Source: an uncultured Acidobacteriota bacterium (GTDB taxonomy: Bacteria > Acidobacteriota > UBA6911). Taken from it: 64,000 nucleotides of DNA. Below, one piece after another: positions 1 through 9,365 of the stretch. The stretch's first letter is position 1. Every line of letters begins with the position of its first letter. The position numbers and the translations under genes are program-made. The notes below the pieces were generated by a model that was given only the letters and a program-made list of their open reading frames with translations, did not search any database and was not told the DNA's origin. The DNA lies in the NCBI GenBank assembly GCA_963809485.1, contig CAWEJX010000020.1, positions 448,001-512,000 of the forward strand. Reading direction: 5' to 3'.

Positions 1-57
1 TGCGTGTTCGCAGGCGCCTATGCCACGGCGTGGTTTGTAAGGAGGCAATGGAAATGA
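1..57 (+). CDS. C-terminal end of an upstream membrane protein, probably a YeeE/YedE family partner (partial)
   Basis: Frame 1 reads CVFAGAYATAWFVRRQWK* and its TGA overlaps the next ATG (ATGA at 54-57). YeeE/YedE half-genes often occur in tandem. Confidence 0.55.
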   Translation, partial: CVFAGAYATAWFVRRQWK

Positions 58-659
58 GCGCACCTTTCTACAAATTCGGATTATTCGGCGACAACATCAG
101 CCTGGTGATCGCCTTCCTTATCGGGATCGGATTTGGCTTTTTCCTGGAGCGGGCGGGTTTCGGCAGCGCACGCAAACTGACGGCGCAGTTTTACCTGACG
201 GACATGGCGGTATTTAAGGTGATGTTTACGGCTATTGTTACGGCCATGTTTGGAGTTTTCTATCTTGGCTGGATCGGATTTCTGGATATTTCACTCATCT
301 ATTTGACGCCCACCTATCTGCTTCCACAGATTGCGGGCGGCCTGATCCTTGGGATCGGCTTCGCGATCGGCGGCTATTGTCCCGGGACTGCGTGTGTTGC
401 CGTATCTACTGCCAAAATCGACGCGGCCGTTTACGTCGCTGGAGTCATCTTCGGAATCTTTGTTTTCGGCGAGGCTTTCCCGATCTTAAAGGGGTTTTAC
501 AATGCGACGCCGATGGGACAGATTACTCTGGCCCAGCTCCTGAAGATGCCTTATGGACTCATTGTGCTATTCGTCGCGCTTATGGCCGTTGGAGGGTTTG
601 CAGGAGCGACCTGGGTGGAGAAAATGATGGCGGCGCGGAAAGGAGTGCGGCTACCATGA
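54..659 (+). CDS. YeeE/YedE family sulfur-compound (thiosulfate) transporter
   Basis: Hydrophobic protein with GFFLERAGF and the conserved GGYCPGT motif. AGGAGG lies upstream of the ATG. Confidence 0.85.
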   Translation: MSAPFYKFGLFGDNISLVIAFLIGIGFGFFLERAGFGSARKLTAQFYLTDMAVFKVMFTAIVTAMFGVFYLGWIGFLDISLIYLTPTYLLPQIAGGLILGIGFAIGGYCPGTACVAVSTAKIDAAVYVAGVIFGIFVFGEAFPILKGFYNATPMGQITLAQLLKMPYGLIVLFVALMAVGGFAGATWVEKMMAARKGVRLP

Positions 660-1309
660 GGCTTGATCTGGCGCGAATGAGCAGGAACACAAAGTTTGGG
701 CTGCTGGTTTGTCTCCTCGGCCTGATTGCGGCATTTGCCGGCAGTCCCTACAAGGGGACTCGCGTCACTCTGGACGCAACGGATCTCGCCGGCATCGTGC
801 AACGAGAGGTCGACCATGTAAATCCAACCGACCTTGCTGACTGGATCGTCAAAGGGAGATCCGATTATCGTCTGATTGATCTGCGTACACAGGCTGAATT
901 CGATCAGTACCACATTCCCAGCGCGGAAACTGTCCCGCTCGCGGCGCTGCCGGACTACGGGCTGGCACGCAACGAAAAAATCATTCTCTATTCCGAAGGT
1001 GGAATCCACTCAGCGCAAGCCTGGTTTTTGCTGAAAGCTATGGGATACCCATCGGTCTACATGCTCCGCGGTGGATTGGATGATTGGAAAGACCTGGTGC
1101 TTTTCCCGTCCCTGCCGCCGGATCCAAATCCGGAACAGATTACAGCATTCGCCAAAATGAAGGAAGTCAGCAAATTTTTCGGAGGAACGCCGCGGACTGC
1201 ATCCGGCGCAACGACGCCTGATTCCGCTATGCCGCTTCCCAAGCTGCAGATGCCAGGTTCACCCTCCGGCCCCCCAGCCGCGCCAAAGAAAAAGAAGGAA
1301 GGGTGCTAG
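656..1309 (+). CDS. Membrane-anchored rhodanese-like domain protein with C-terminal Cys tail
   Basis: N-terminal TM/signal segment, LIDLR..EF..YHIPSA and LRGGLDDW rhodanese motifs, ATGA overlap with the previous gene, ends in KKKKEGC. Confidence 0.8.
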   Translation: MRLDLARMSRNTKFGLLVCLLGLIAAFAGSPYKGTRVTLDATDLAGIVQREVDHVNPTDLADWIVKGRSDYRLIDLRTQAEFDQYHIPSAETVPLAALPDYGLARNEKIILYSEGGIHSAQAWFLLKAMGYPSVYMLRGGLDDWKDLVLFPSLPPDPNPEQITAFAKMKEVSKFFGGTPRTASGATTPDSAMPLPKLQMPGSPSGPPAAPKKKKEGC

Positions 1310-1390
1310 CGCACCGGTTCAAAAAGAAAGCGAGATAGCATCTGCATTGTCCGTTTTTACCGGAAATCCAGGAAAAGTTTAAAATTCAGA

Positions 1391-1595
1391 TACCTCCGGT
1401 AGAGCCAACGGTTTGTTTGTTTACCACTCAAAGCGGTTTAATGAACTGCGCTGCCTCTAAATCCTGACATCACTGGCAAGAGCCGACCCTCGCCGAACAA
1501 ATCGGCGCTTGTCAGCGCTTTTATCAGCGTTTCTCAGCGTTTCAAAATACGGAGCTGTCAAACTCTTTGAGTCTCCCGGATTTACCAATGTAATT
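1391..1595. mobile_element. Non-autonomous IS200/IS605-end element (MITE/PATE-like), copy 1
   Basis: Similar along its length to 13696-13916 (ACCACTCAAAGCGGTT; GCCGAACAAATCGGCG..TCAGCGCTTTTATCAGCGTTTCTCAGCGTTTCAAAATACGGAG; GATTTACCAATGTAATT). Confidence 0.6.
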
Positions 1596-1776
1596 GATGA
1601 TGGCATAGAGAGTGGCATTGAATTCCAGCAAACTGGTGTTAGGATGGCAGGACAGACAGAGCCGCGCGTTGCTGCTCCGGTGCGGCTTTTTCATGAATGG
1701 CCGGCGCCAATATTCCGGTCCGGCCATGTCGGCGCAGCAGGCGATGTCTATTTGAATTTTTGAGAGGAGATAGTGA

Positions 1777-2451
1777 ATGAGTTCCCAAAAAGACGAAAAG
1801 GAAAGCTCTTCGCGAAGAGAATTTTTTCAGGACGTGACGGCAGGCGCAGCCGGCGTGGCGTTTGCAGGCGCTTTGGCCCAGTTGGGCGTTCCGGTCGTAT
1901 CCGCTGCCCAGGATTCAAAGCCCCCCGCAGCCAAGCCGGCGGATTCGCCATTCTTTAAAAATCCTCCGCCATGGCCGAAGGGGACCATCGGCACCAAATA
2001 TGATCATCTGTTCTCAACAAAGCTAAGGGAAAACTCCATGGTGCCGGATATTGTTCCCGGTCCGCAGGCATATTTCCGGGGCGACACCGATCTTCCCGGG
2101 GCAAAGATAAATATGGGCTGGCAGATATTTATAAAACCCTACAGGCTGGAATTGGAATCGCATCACCACGACACCGATGAATATCTGTTCTTCCTGGGGG
2201 CAACGTTTCCGGACCTCGTGGGATCCTTTGATGCCGAAATTGAATACTTTATCGGAAAAGAATATGAAAAGAAGGTCATCACCCAGGCCACGGTTCTTTA
2301 TATCCCCGCGGGTCTGGAACATAATCCCTGCGATATCAAGAGAGTCGGCAAACCCTTGTTCTTCAGTGCGCTTGCATTGGCGCCCTACTTCAATGGAGTA
2401 TACCAGACCGGAGGCTACAGAGAATTCAGAGGCGCGCCCAAAATTAAATAA
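1777..2451 (+). CDS. Tat-signal cupin-domain protein
   Basis: SRREFF twin-arginine signal, cupin motifs HxHxxxE (HHHDTDE) and IPAGLEHNP, RBS GAGGAG. Confidence 0.75.
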   Translation: MSSQKDEKESSSRREFFQDVTAGAAGVAFAGALAQLGVPVVSAAQDSKPPAAKPADSPFFKNPPPWPKGTIGTKYDHLFSTKLRENSMVPDIVPGPQAYFRGDTDLPGAKINMGWQIFIKPYRLELESHHHDTDEYLFFLGATFPDLVGSFDAEIEYFIGKEYEKKVITQATVLYIPAGLEHNPCDIKRVGKPLFFSALALAPYFNGVYQTGGYREFRGAPKIK

Positions 2452-2509
2452 TTGCCGGGGTGTGCATTAACACATCGTCCCGGCAAACCCGGAGCTTCAG
2501 GTTATGAGT

Positions 2510-2544
2510 AAAGCGGGGTCGCTGACGCGGCCCCGCTTTTTTTT
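2510..2544 (+). terminator. Rho-independent terminator
   Basis: AAAGCGGGGTCGC-TGAC-GCGGCCCCGCTTTTTTTT hairpin with U-tract after the cupin gene. Confidence 0.75.
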
Positions 2545-2619
2545 CGGGGTGCCGGGAGCCAATTTTCCATTTTATTCCCAGAAACCGCCTGTGCGACTTT
2601 GAGCTAGAATAAGCAGGAG

Positions 2620-3053
2620 CAAGGCCGGCGGATACGGCGGGCAATTTCACGGCGATGTTCGGCGCCCAGGCATGGAAACGCCGGGCCATGGACATCATCG
2701 CCTCGCGCTCAGCCGCTCGGGAAGGATTGACCTGCGCGCATACGTAGCCTTGCTTGGCACCGCTCTTCTCATAATGAGGGCGGTACATGTCTGCCGCCCG
2801 CGTGACGACCAACCGCACCAGTTCCTCGGCTTTTGGCTCCGCATTGAGATTATGCGCCAGAACGGAACGGATGTCCGCAGTCCAAGACCCGCCTGTTGTT
2901 CGCCAGGGCCACACTCGAGAGAAACGGATTGGTGGTCACCCCGACCGCTCCACGCCCCAGGCCCCGTTGCAGTTCGACCGGGTCGGCCGAATCATGCCAC
3001 CATGCTGTAGGAGTGTTCTCGACGACCCAGTTCAGATAACTATCCGTACTCAA
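2620..3053 (-). pseudogene. Transaldolase family protein, frameshifted and 3'-truncated
   Basis: WWHDSAD and GVTTNP in one frame, GYVCAQVNP and NIAVKLPA in another. Similarity stops at about 2620. Confidence 0.75.
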
Positions 3054-3056
3054 AGT

Positions 3057-3950
3057 CTATCCTTTAGGTTTCCGCACTTCTGTTTTGGCCATATCTTCGA
3101 CAAACGTGGCGATCGCCGAATGGTCGAGTTCGCCGCGCCCGGCATTCATCAAAGCCATCAAAACCTGTTGGGCCATGCTTGTGAAAGGAAGCGAAACCTT
3201 CAGGGATTCGGCGGCCGCGAGCGCATTGCGCAGATCCTTCTGGTGCAGACGGATGCGGAATCCCGGCTTGAAATTGCGCGAAATTACCATGGGAGCTTTC
3301 GCGTTCAATACCGCGCTCCCCGCCAATCCTCCCTTGACGGCATTGAATACGACCTCCGGATCGAGTCCCGCCCTGGTTGCCAGAACGAGAGCTTCTCCCA
3401 TAGCGGCTATGTTGATCGCGACCATCATCTGGTTCGCAAGTTTTGTCACATTGCCCGCGCCGATTGGGCCGGTCAATATCGCGCTCGATCCCATCGACTG
3501 GAACAAGGGGAGAACCCTGTCAAAAACCTCTTGCTTGCCGCCCGCCATGATAGCCAGAGTCCCGTCTATGGCCTTCGGCTCGCCTCCGCTCACGGGCGCA
3601 TCCAGGAATTCGACGCCCTTGGCAGCGCACGCCGCTCCAACCTTCTGAGCGACGAGGGGACTGATCGAGCTCATATCGACGATGACCGAGCCGGGCTGCG
3701 CTCCTTCGAGCGCGCCCTCGGGGCCCAGTACGGCGGCTTCGACCTCGGGCCCGTCGGGAACCATGGTGATCGTGACCTGAGAGCGAGCCGCAACATCCCT
3801 GGCGGACTGGCCCGCAGCCGCACCCGACGCTGACATTTCGGCGAACCGTTCCGGGACGATATCGTAAACAACCAGTTGATTGCCTGCCTTAATCAGGTTG
3901 CGGGTCATGGGCTTGCCCATGATCCCCAGCCCGATGAATCCGACTCTCAT
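3057..3950 (-). CDS. garR: 2-hydroxy-3-oxopropionate (tartronate semialdehyde) reductase
   Basis: MRVGFIGLGIMGKPM, LDAPVSGGEPKAIDGTL, GAGNVTKLANQ and FKPGFRIRLHQKDL closely match GarR. Confidence 0.9.
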   Translation of the reverse strand: MRVGFIGLGIMGKPMTRNLIKAGNQLVVYDIVPERFAEMSASGAAAGQSARDVAARSQVTITMVPDGPEVEAAVLGPEGALEGAQPGSVIVDMSSISPLVAQKVGAACAAKGVEFLDAPVSGGEPKAIDGTLAIMAGGKQEVFDRVLPLFQSMGSSAILTGPIGAGNVTKLANQMMVAINIAAMGEALVLATRAGLDPEVVFNAVKGGLAGSAVLNAKAPMVISRNFKPGFRIRLHQKDLRNALAAAESLKVSLPFTSMAQQVLMALMNAGRGELDHSAIATFVEDMAKTEVRKPKG

Positions 3951-4022
3951 AATGGCTCCTTTGAACAAGGGACGGCTTTCCGGAGTGCCGGGGCGGTCCT
4001 TAAAAACCGTCCTTGCCGGGAT

Positions 4023-5111
4023 CTATAGATCGAGGTTTTGACGGGCGTACTCGATGCATTTCAGGTTGTATTCGTCTTCCAGCCTGATTTGCGCTTCCGG
4101 GCTCAGCCCGGTGACGCGCGGAAGCGGCTTTTGGGGCCGATTCTTTTTGACCAGGGCCAGCACTTTTGCCAGATCTCTTCCCGGCAGCGGGCTGTAATCG
4201 TCGTCGAAGGTAGCCCAGTATTTTGCCGTGAAAACCGGTATCTTCAGAGGATCGCGCGTGATCATCTCTAGGTCGAAGATCATATTCGGATCCACCGCGC
4301 GCAGCATCTGAACTATTTGTTTGAGATCCAGGATCCCTTCTCCCATTGGGACCTCGGAGAGGAGGAATCCATCCTCATACTCCTCCACCGCCATGTCCTT
4401 GATATGGGCAAAACACGTATAGGGCGCAAGCGTGCGCGCCGCGTCCATGGGGTCTTCGCAGAGAGATAGGTTGTTGCCGAAGTCCAGGCAAACCCCGACC
4501 CATTCGCTGCCGAGGCGCTTCAGCCACGCAACCTGCTCGCCGGAGCGCCAGCCTTTGTGGTTTTCGATGCCGAGCTTGATCTTATATTTGCGCAGCACCG
4601 GCTCTGCAAGCTCCACCTGCTTCTTGCATCGTTCGAACATCTGCCTGAAAGGTTCCAGTCTATCGAAGTCCTCATAGCGCCGTCCCGTCAGCGCCGCATG
4701 AAAAGCCGCCGCGCCGGCTTCTTTGTATGCCTTCACCTGAGCATCAAATGCCGCAACATCGCTTTCCTGCATCGGCAGCCGGGGATCGCAGACGAGGTGC
4801 ATATTGTATTTTTCCAGCCGCTGCCGGAACTGCCGGATCGCATCCGGATCAATGGACGGAGGATTCGTCTGAACGCCGCCAAGACCGATGCTGTGACAAT
4901 GCTCAACCATATCAAAGGACGTGGGGCTCCCTTTGGCTGCCATCATGCGCGCGACAAAGGCCGTGGGCGTGCCGCCCATGCGCGGATAACCTTTGGAAGC
5001 AACCGGCGTCTGAGCGGTTTGCGCCGTGCCCTGCCTCCGGGCGGATGACTCGAGCGCCGACAAGAAAGGAGCCGCGCCGGCAAGCGCCAACATCTGTCTG
5101 CGTGAGATCAT
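4023..5111 (-). CDS. Tat-signal sugar phosphate isomerase/epimerase (xylose-isomerase-like TIM barrel)
   Basis: SRRQML signal and metal-binding motifs IENHK, LDFGN, HIKD and LEM. Confidence 0.8.
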   Translation of the reverse strand: MISRRQMLALAGAAPFLSALESSARRQGTAQTAQTPVASKGYPRMGGTPTAFVARMMAAKGSPTSFDMVEHCHSIGLGGVQTNPPSIDPDAIRQFRQRLEKYNMHLVCDPRLPMQESDVAAFDAQVKAYKEAGAAAFHAALTGRRYEDFDRLEPFRQMFERCKKQVELAEPVLRKYKIKLGIENHKGWRSGEQVAWLKRLGSEWVGVCLDFGNNLSLCEDPMDAARTLAPYTCFAHIKDMAVEEYEDGFLLSEVPMGEGILDLKQIVQMLRAVDPNMIFDLEMITRDPLKIPVFTAKYWATFDDDYSPLPGRDLAKVLALVKKNRPQKPLPRVTGLSPEAQIRLEDEYNLKCIEYARQNLDL

Positions 5112-5344
5112 ACGATCCTCCTCTTTACTACGGTTATCCGGGGAATGCGCAATATTTGCTATGTACCAGTGACAGGCAGCCGTCCAGCCTGGCTGGAGAT
5201 GCAGCCTGTTGAAATCCCCGGGTGTCCGCAGAAACGGCTTTTATAATCAAATATCCTATCCCAAGCGCAATCCAGGCTATCGCCTCCGCAAATCCTTGCA
5301 TGGTCTCAATGAACCCGGGAAGCGAATTTCACAAAGACCCGCGA

Positions 5345-6808
5345 TTATGCCCTGAGGGCATCCTTCAGGGCTTTGTCCCAGGGCGCGCGATACGGCTTGA
5401 CGCAGAGGGCCGCAGCTTCCTTATCGCCGAGAACCTGCTCCCTTTCGGGATCCCAGCGAATCGAGCGGCCGAGCCGGAGCGACATATTCGCCAGGTTGCA
5501 TGCGACGGCCACGCGATGCCCGTCCTCCACTTCGCAAAGCGGGCGCTTCCGTGTCCGGATGGAATTCAGCCAGTCCTGTTTGTTCATCGCGAGGGTGTCT
5601 TCGCCGCCAACTCCATAGCGGGCATCCGACTCCATGCCTTTACCCTTCGTAGCCTCGATCCACGAAGCGGGTTTGGTATCCGAATAGACCGGGCCCCCCG
5701 TTGGATGCCCTGAAAAGCGCGGAATGTCATTGATGGGGTCCCCCTTCATTTCCGGCAGGACTTCCCAATTCCCCGCAAGGACCATTGTGCCCTTGGTTCC
5801 CATATAGAGTTGTCCCCGCGCCTCCGCATCCGGGATCGAGCGGCTGGCATTCGCCTCGCGGATAGCCGCATTCATGATGAAACCCGGGGTCTTCGGATCC
5901 GGCCCGTCGAATACCCACATGGCGTCCTGCAGATCCGGGGTCTCGCCATCGTCCTCCAGCGCGTACCGTCCGCCGGTGGAAGTCACCAGCGAGGGCCCTT
6001 TGACATTCATGACATACAGGACCTGGTCGATGATGTGCGCTCCCAGGTTTGTCATCTGCCCGCCCGAATAATCCCAGAACCAGCGGAAATGATAAATTCC
6101 CCGATGCGCCGTGTAGGGCTTCTTTTCCGCCGGGCCCAGCCACATATCATAGTCGAGGCCCGCCGGCGGCTCTGAAACGGGGGTTCGGCCAAAACCCGGA
6201 TAGATGTTCCTATAGGAGGACCAGCGGATGGAATGGATCCTGCCCAGCACCCCGCTTTCCACAACCTTCCTGGAATCGATCACCCCTTTGCCATGCCGCC
6301 GCTGCGTCCCCACAACCACAATCCGTTTGTATTTGCGGGCCGCCTGAACCATCCATTTTCCTTCGTCAATGAACAGCGTCATCGGCTTCTCTACATAGAC
6401 GTCCTTGCCCGCCTGGCACGCCAGAATGGTGTGCAACGCGTGCCAGTGATCCGGCGTTGCGAGCAACACCCCCTGAATATCCTTGTTTTCGTACATCTTT
6501 CGAAAATCGCCGTAGCCCTTGGCGCCAGGACTTTCCATATAGGCAAGCCCCTCCTCCAGTCGCGGCTTGTAGGCATCGCACATGCCCAGCAGTTCAACGT
6601 CCTTGAACTTTTTAAGATCCGTGATGTGTTGTTTGCCGATCAGCCCGAAGCCAATGACTCCGATACCGATCCGGTCGTTGGCGCCGAGCACGCGCACGTA
6701 GGATGCCGCTGTCCATGCAGCCGCACCTGCCGCGCCCAGAAACACCCGTCGGGAGGTTTTCCTGGCTTCCATGGGATTATCCAGCGAATGAGTCGGAGAT
6801 TCGTGCAT
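5345..6808 (-). CDS. Tat-signal Gfo/Idh/MocA family oxidoreductase
   Basis: SRRVFL signal, IGVIGFG, ATPDHWH, DVYVEKP, DMWLGPA and NLGAHIID. Start codon uncertain (6808-6832). Confidence 0.9.
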   Translation of the reverse strand: MHESPTHSLDNPMEARKTSRRVFLGAAGAAAWTAASYVRVLGANDRIGIGVIGFGLIGKQHITDLKKFKDVELLGMCDAYKPRLEEGLAYMESPGAKGYGDFRKMYENKDIQGVLLATPDHWHALHTILACQAGKDVYVEKPMTLFIDEGKWMVQAARKYKRIVVVGTQRRHGKGVIDSRKVVESGVLGRIHSIRWSSYRNIYPGFGRTPVSEPPAGLDYDMWLGPAEKKPYTAHRGIYHFRWFWDYSGGQMTNLGAHIIDQVLYVMNVKGPSLVTSTGGRYALEDDGETPDLQDAMWVFDGPDPKTPGFIMNAAIREANASRSIPDAEARGQLYMGTKGTMVLAGNWEVLPEMKGDPINDIPRFSGHPTGGPVYSDTKPASWIEATKGKGMESDARYGVGGEDTLAMNKQDWLNSIRTRKRPLCEVEDGHRVAVACNLANMSLRLGRSIRWDPEREQVLGDKEAAALCVKPYRAPWDKALKDALRA

Positions 6809-7083
6809 GTCCATTTCCTTTCTTGGCAGCATACCCGTAAACTCGTTTCACAGCGCTAAGGCAAAAAAGCCTCTTTCAAGATCTACCACAGAATCTATAA
6901 CCCAATGATGTCGTCCTGCCGGCTCTCCGGCCCGCAACGCCATTTAATGATAGGAGCCCATCTTTTGCCCCAGATAATGCTTGGTATTTGATATGCGATT
7001 ATGTCATATTTAGTTTATAATTCAATTTAGATGTCATAACATAGTGTCGCCGCCAGCTCTTGGTGCGGACCGGTATCCTGATG

Positions 7084-7190
7084 GTCAGCGTTCGTCGGCG
7101 CAATCTTCAGCGTGCGTCAGCGTTCCCTGATCCTGGAGCTGTCAAACTCCACGGATCCCCGGCAAAGCGGGCCGTTTGCCGAGGTATTCA
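7084..7190. mobile_element. Degenerate partial copy of the IS200-end element, copy 3
   Basis: TCAGCG repeats followed by GGAGCTGTCAAACTCC..CCCCGGCAAAGC align with 1510-1595 and 13820-13916. Confidence 0.45.
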
Positions 7191-7207
7191 GCACGCATCC
7201 CGTCGAA

Positions 7208-8131
7208 TCATCCGGCGAATGCATTATTAATGTGCAGGATCGCCTCGTCGATTTCCTCCCTGTTCTTCATTCCGATCACAACGGCGTCCACAATGTACGA
7301 TTTCATGACCCACGTAAGCGATCTTTTTCGGTCCTCGACATTCGTAAATGCCCCCTCCCCGATCAGTTTCATACCGATGATGCCATGGCCGTTTTCCCTC
7401 ATAAGCTTGAGCTGCTCCACGACAGCCGGCACGTGGGATTCATTGCTTTGGTCGTAGACGACCAGCTTTGGCGTGTCGATTTTGACGCCCTGCCGATTAA
7501 TGCGCACAAGGTTGACATCCACCCAGTCAAGGGACGCGGCTTTTGTTGTGGCCGGCAGGGAGTGCGTTGAGACGCCGTGTGCGCGGATCATCCCTTTTTG
7601 CTTGGCCTCTTCCAGCCCATCCCGCAATGGCTTGTTCTGCTCATCCCAGTTGGGAGGGATCTGACAATGGATCAGGACGGTGTCGATATAATCCACATTC
7701 AATTCCTTGCGAAAACGATCCACCATTTCCAGCGGTTTCTCGGACTTGCCGAATCCCGGCATATACATCGCCTTCGATTGTATGTAGAGCTTCTCCCTGG
7801 GTAATCCCTTGATCGCTTCGCGCACCCATGGATGGGTCTGGTAGGCATCCGCCGTATCGATATAGGTGATCCCTCTCTCATAGGCATAATGGATGAGATT
7901 GTTAAATCCCTCACGGCCCAGCCCGCGCTGCAATTCCCCGCTGTTTGTGCCGGTACCGATACCGAGCCGGCTCAACTTGAGGCCGGTCTTGCCCAGGGCA
8001 ACCTGGTCCGCTGCCCTCTTCCTGCCCCCCCGGGCAACCAGTTCCGCGGTATAAGCGGATGCCAGGACTACGCCGCCGGAAACTGCAGCCCCTTTGATGA
8101 ACTCACGCCTGCTTATCAAACGATCACTCAT
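7208..8131 (-). CDS. Tat-signal aldo/keto reductase
   Basis: SRREFI signal, LGKTGLKLSRLGIGT, and tetrad motifs IDTADAY, QSK and LIH. Confidence 0.88.
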   Translation of the reverse strand: MSDRLISRREFIKGAAVSGGVVLASAYTAELVARGGRKRAADQVALGKTGLKLSRLGIGTGTNSGELQRGLGREGFNNLIHYAYERGITYIDTADAYQTHPWVREAIKGLPREKLYIQSKAMYMPGFGKSEKPLEMVDRFRKELNVDYIDTVLIHCQIPPNWDEQNKPLRDGLEEAKQKGMIRAHGVSTHSLPATTKAASLDWVDVNLVRINRQGVKIDTPKLVVYDQSNESHVPAVVEQLKLMRENGHGIIGMKLIGEGAFTNVEDRKRSLTWVMKSYIVDAVVIGMKNREEIDEAILHINNAFAG

Positions 8132-8221
8132 TGTATCTTCTCCAATATTTGCAACTTGCCTGGTTCGCCGGATGTCGTCCGGGAGGTCCTCGCTGACTTT
8201 CTGATTTGCTGACCTGCGGTC

Positions 8222-8845
8222 CTATTTCAGAATTCTGTCGAAAAAGTTCTTTAATGCCGGGTAAGGAACAACACCGGAAACCCTCTGCTCTCGTCCAAGG
8301 GCATGAACGAAGAGTGTCGGCGTTGTCCGAATCCCTCTTTTCACACCCAGCTCGAATTCACGCGTAATCTGCTCATCGATTGCGCCATCTCGGAGCAGAT
8401 CCTTGATGCGCTTGTAGTCTTCCGGGGCAAGCGCTTTGGACACAACGGCATCGATAGCCCCGTCCCCGGACCACAGGCTCTGATTTTCGTAGAGAGTCTT
8501 CATCACGGAGCGCCATTGTTCCCGTCCCAGGTTCTGGGCAGCCTTGGAATACTGAGCTGCCCGCCGGGAATACCTGTTGGGCGGCAACGGAAACTCGTAG
8601 TACACGACGCAGACTTTATTAACGCTGCAATATTCGTTTAAAACATGTGAGATCGTATTCAGGAACAGTTCCCTGCAGTGGGTGCACTGAAAGTCCGAAA
8701 AGACCTCGATCCGGATCGGAGCGTCGAGACTTCCACCCAGGCATTGTTCGGGCTTTATCTCTTCTTTTTCCTGCGGAGTCGCGCAGGGTGTAAACGCGGA
8801 GGACGGAAGCAGCAGCAGATAAATAATCGCTGTTATCAGTCGCAT
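8222..8845 (-). CDS. DsbA-like thioredoxin-fold protein
   Basis: Signal peptide, DAPIRIEVFSDFQCTHC (CxxC) and the cis-Pro motif TPTLFV. Confidence 0.85.
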   Translation of the reverse strand: MRLITAIIYLLLLPSSAFTPCATPQEKEEIKPEQCLGGSLDAPIRIEVFSDFQCTHCRELFLNTISHVLNEYCSVNKVCVVYYEFPLPPNRYSRRAAQYSKAAQNLGREQWRSVMKTLYENQSLWSGDGAIDAVVSKALAPEDYKRIKDLLRDGAIDEQITREFELGVKRGIRTTPTLFVHALGREQRVSGVVPYPALKNFFDRILK

Positions 8846-8955
8846 GGCTCCTTCATCCTCAATTTCTGCCCGTAAATCCGGATCAGAAAACGGGCAGAAA
8901 AAAACGGGGCCTTCCTGTCGGCAGGGACCTTGAGACTACGATAAAGCAGGCGGCT

Positions 8956-9125
8956 TTAGAAGTACAGCTTGACCGCGAGCAGAAGAATGCGGGGACTGCG
9001 CACATACCACGAGCCCGAGCCCTGCGCGCCGAAATCGAAAGGATTGCCGGGCCCCGCGGTGTTGGAGATGTTGCCGGCCCGGTTAAACAGGATGAAGTTA
9101 TTGAACCCGCTCGAAATATTATGTT
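8956..9125 (-). pseudogene. Isolated C-terminal remnant of a TonB-dependent receptor
   Basis: ...SPRILLLAVKLYF* is a typical terminal beta-strand ending in Phe. No upstream gene body is present. Confidence 0.55.
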
Positions 9126-9365
9126 TTGCATCCCGGGTGCATGGCAACTGCAGGCATTTCGGAAGCAAATATCATGTTTATTTACAAATATTTGTTCAGC
9201 CCTTGCCTGCTGATAGAATAAAAATTGACATGCAACAAAATGTTGCCTTATCGTCCAGTCTCTCGCATTGAGTCCTATCCATGGCTATGTAAGGAGCAAC
9301 CCGCCGTGAAGAAAGCAAAACCATCCGGGCAGTCTGATCAAAAAGGCACACGTCGGAAAAAGCAA

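Noticed and set aside
2787-3833. Long antisense or alternative-frame ORFs (e.g. 2787-3833, 34873-35667, 47457-48350, 51977-52867)
   Set aside because: Shadow ORFs of well-supported genes in GC-rich DNA, with no recognisable motifs.
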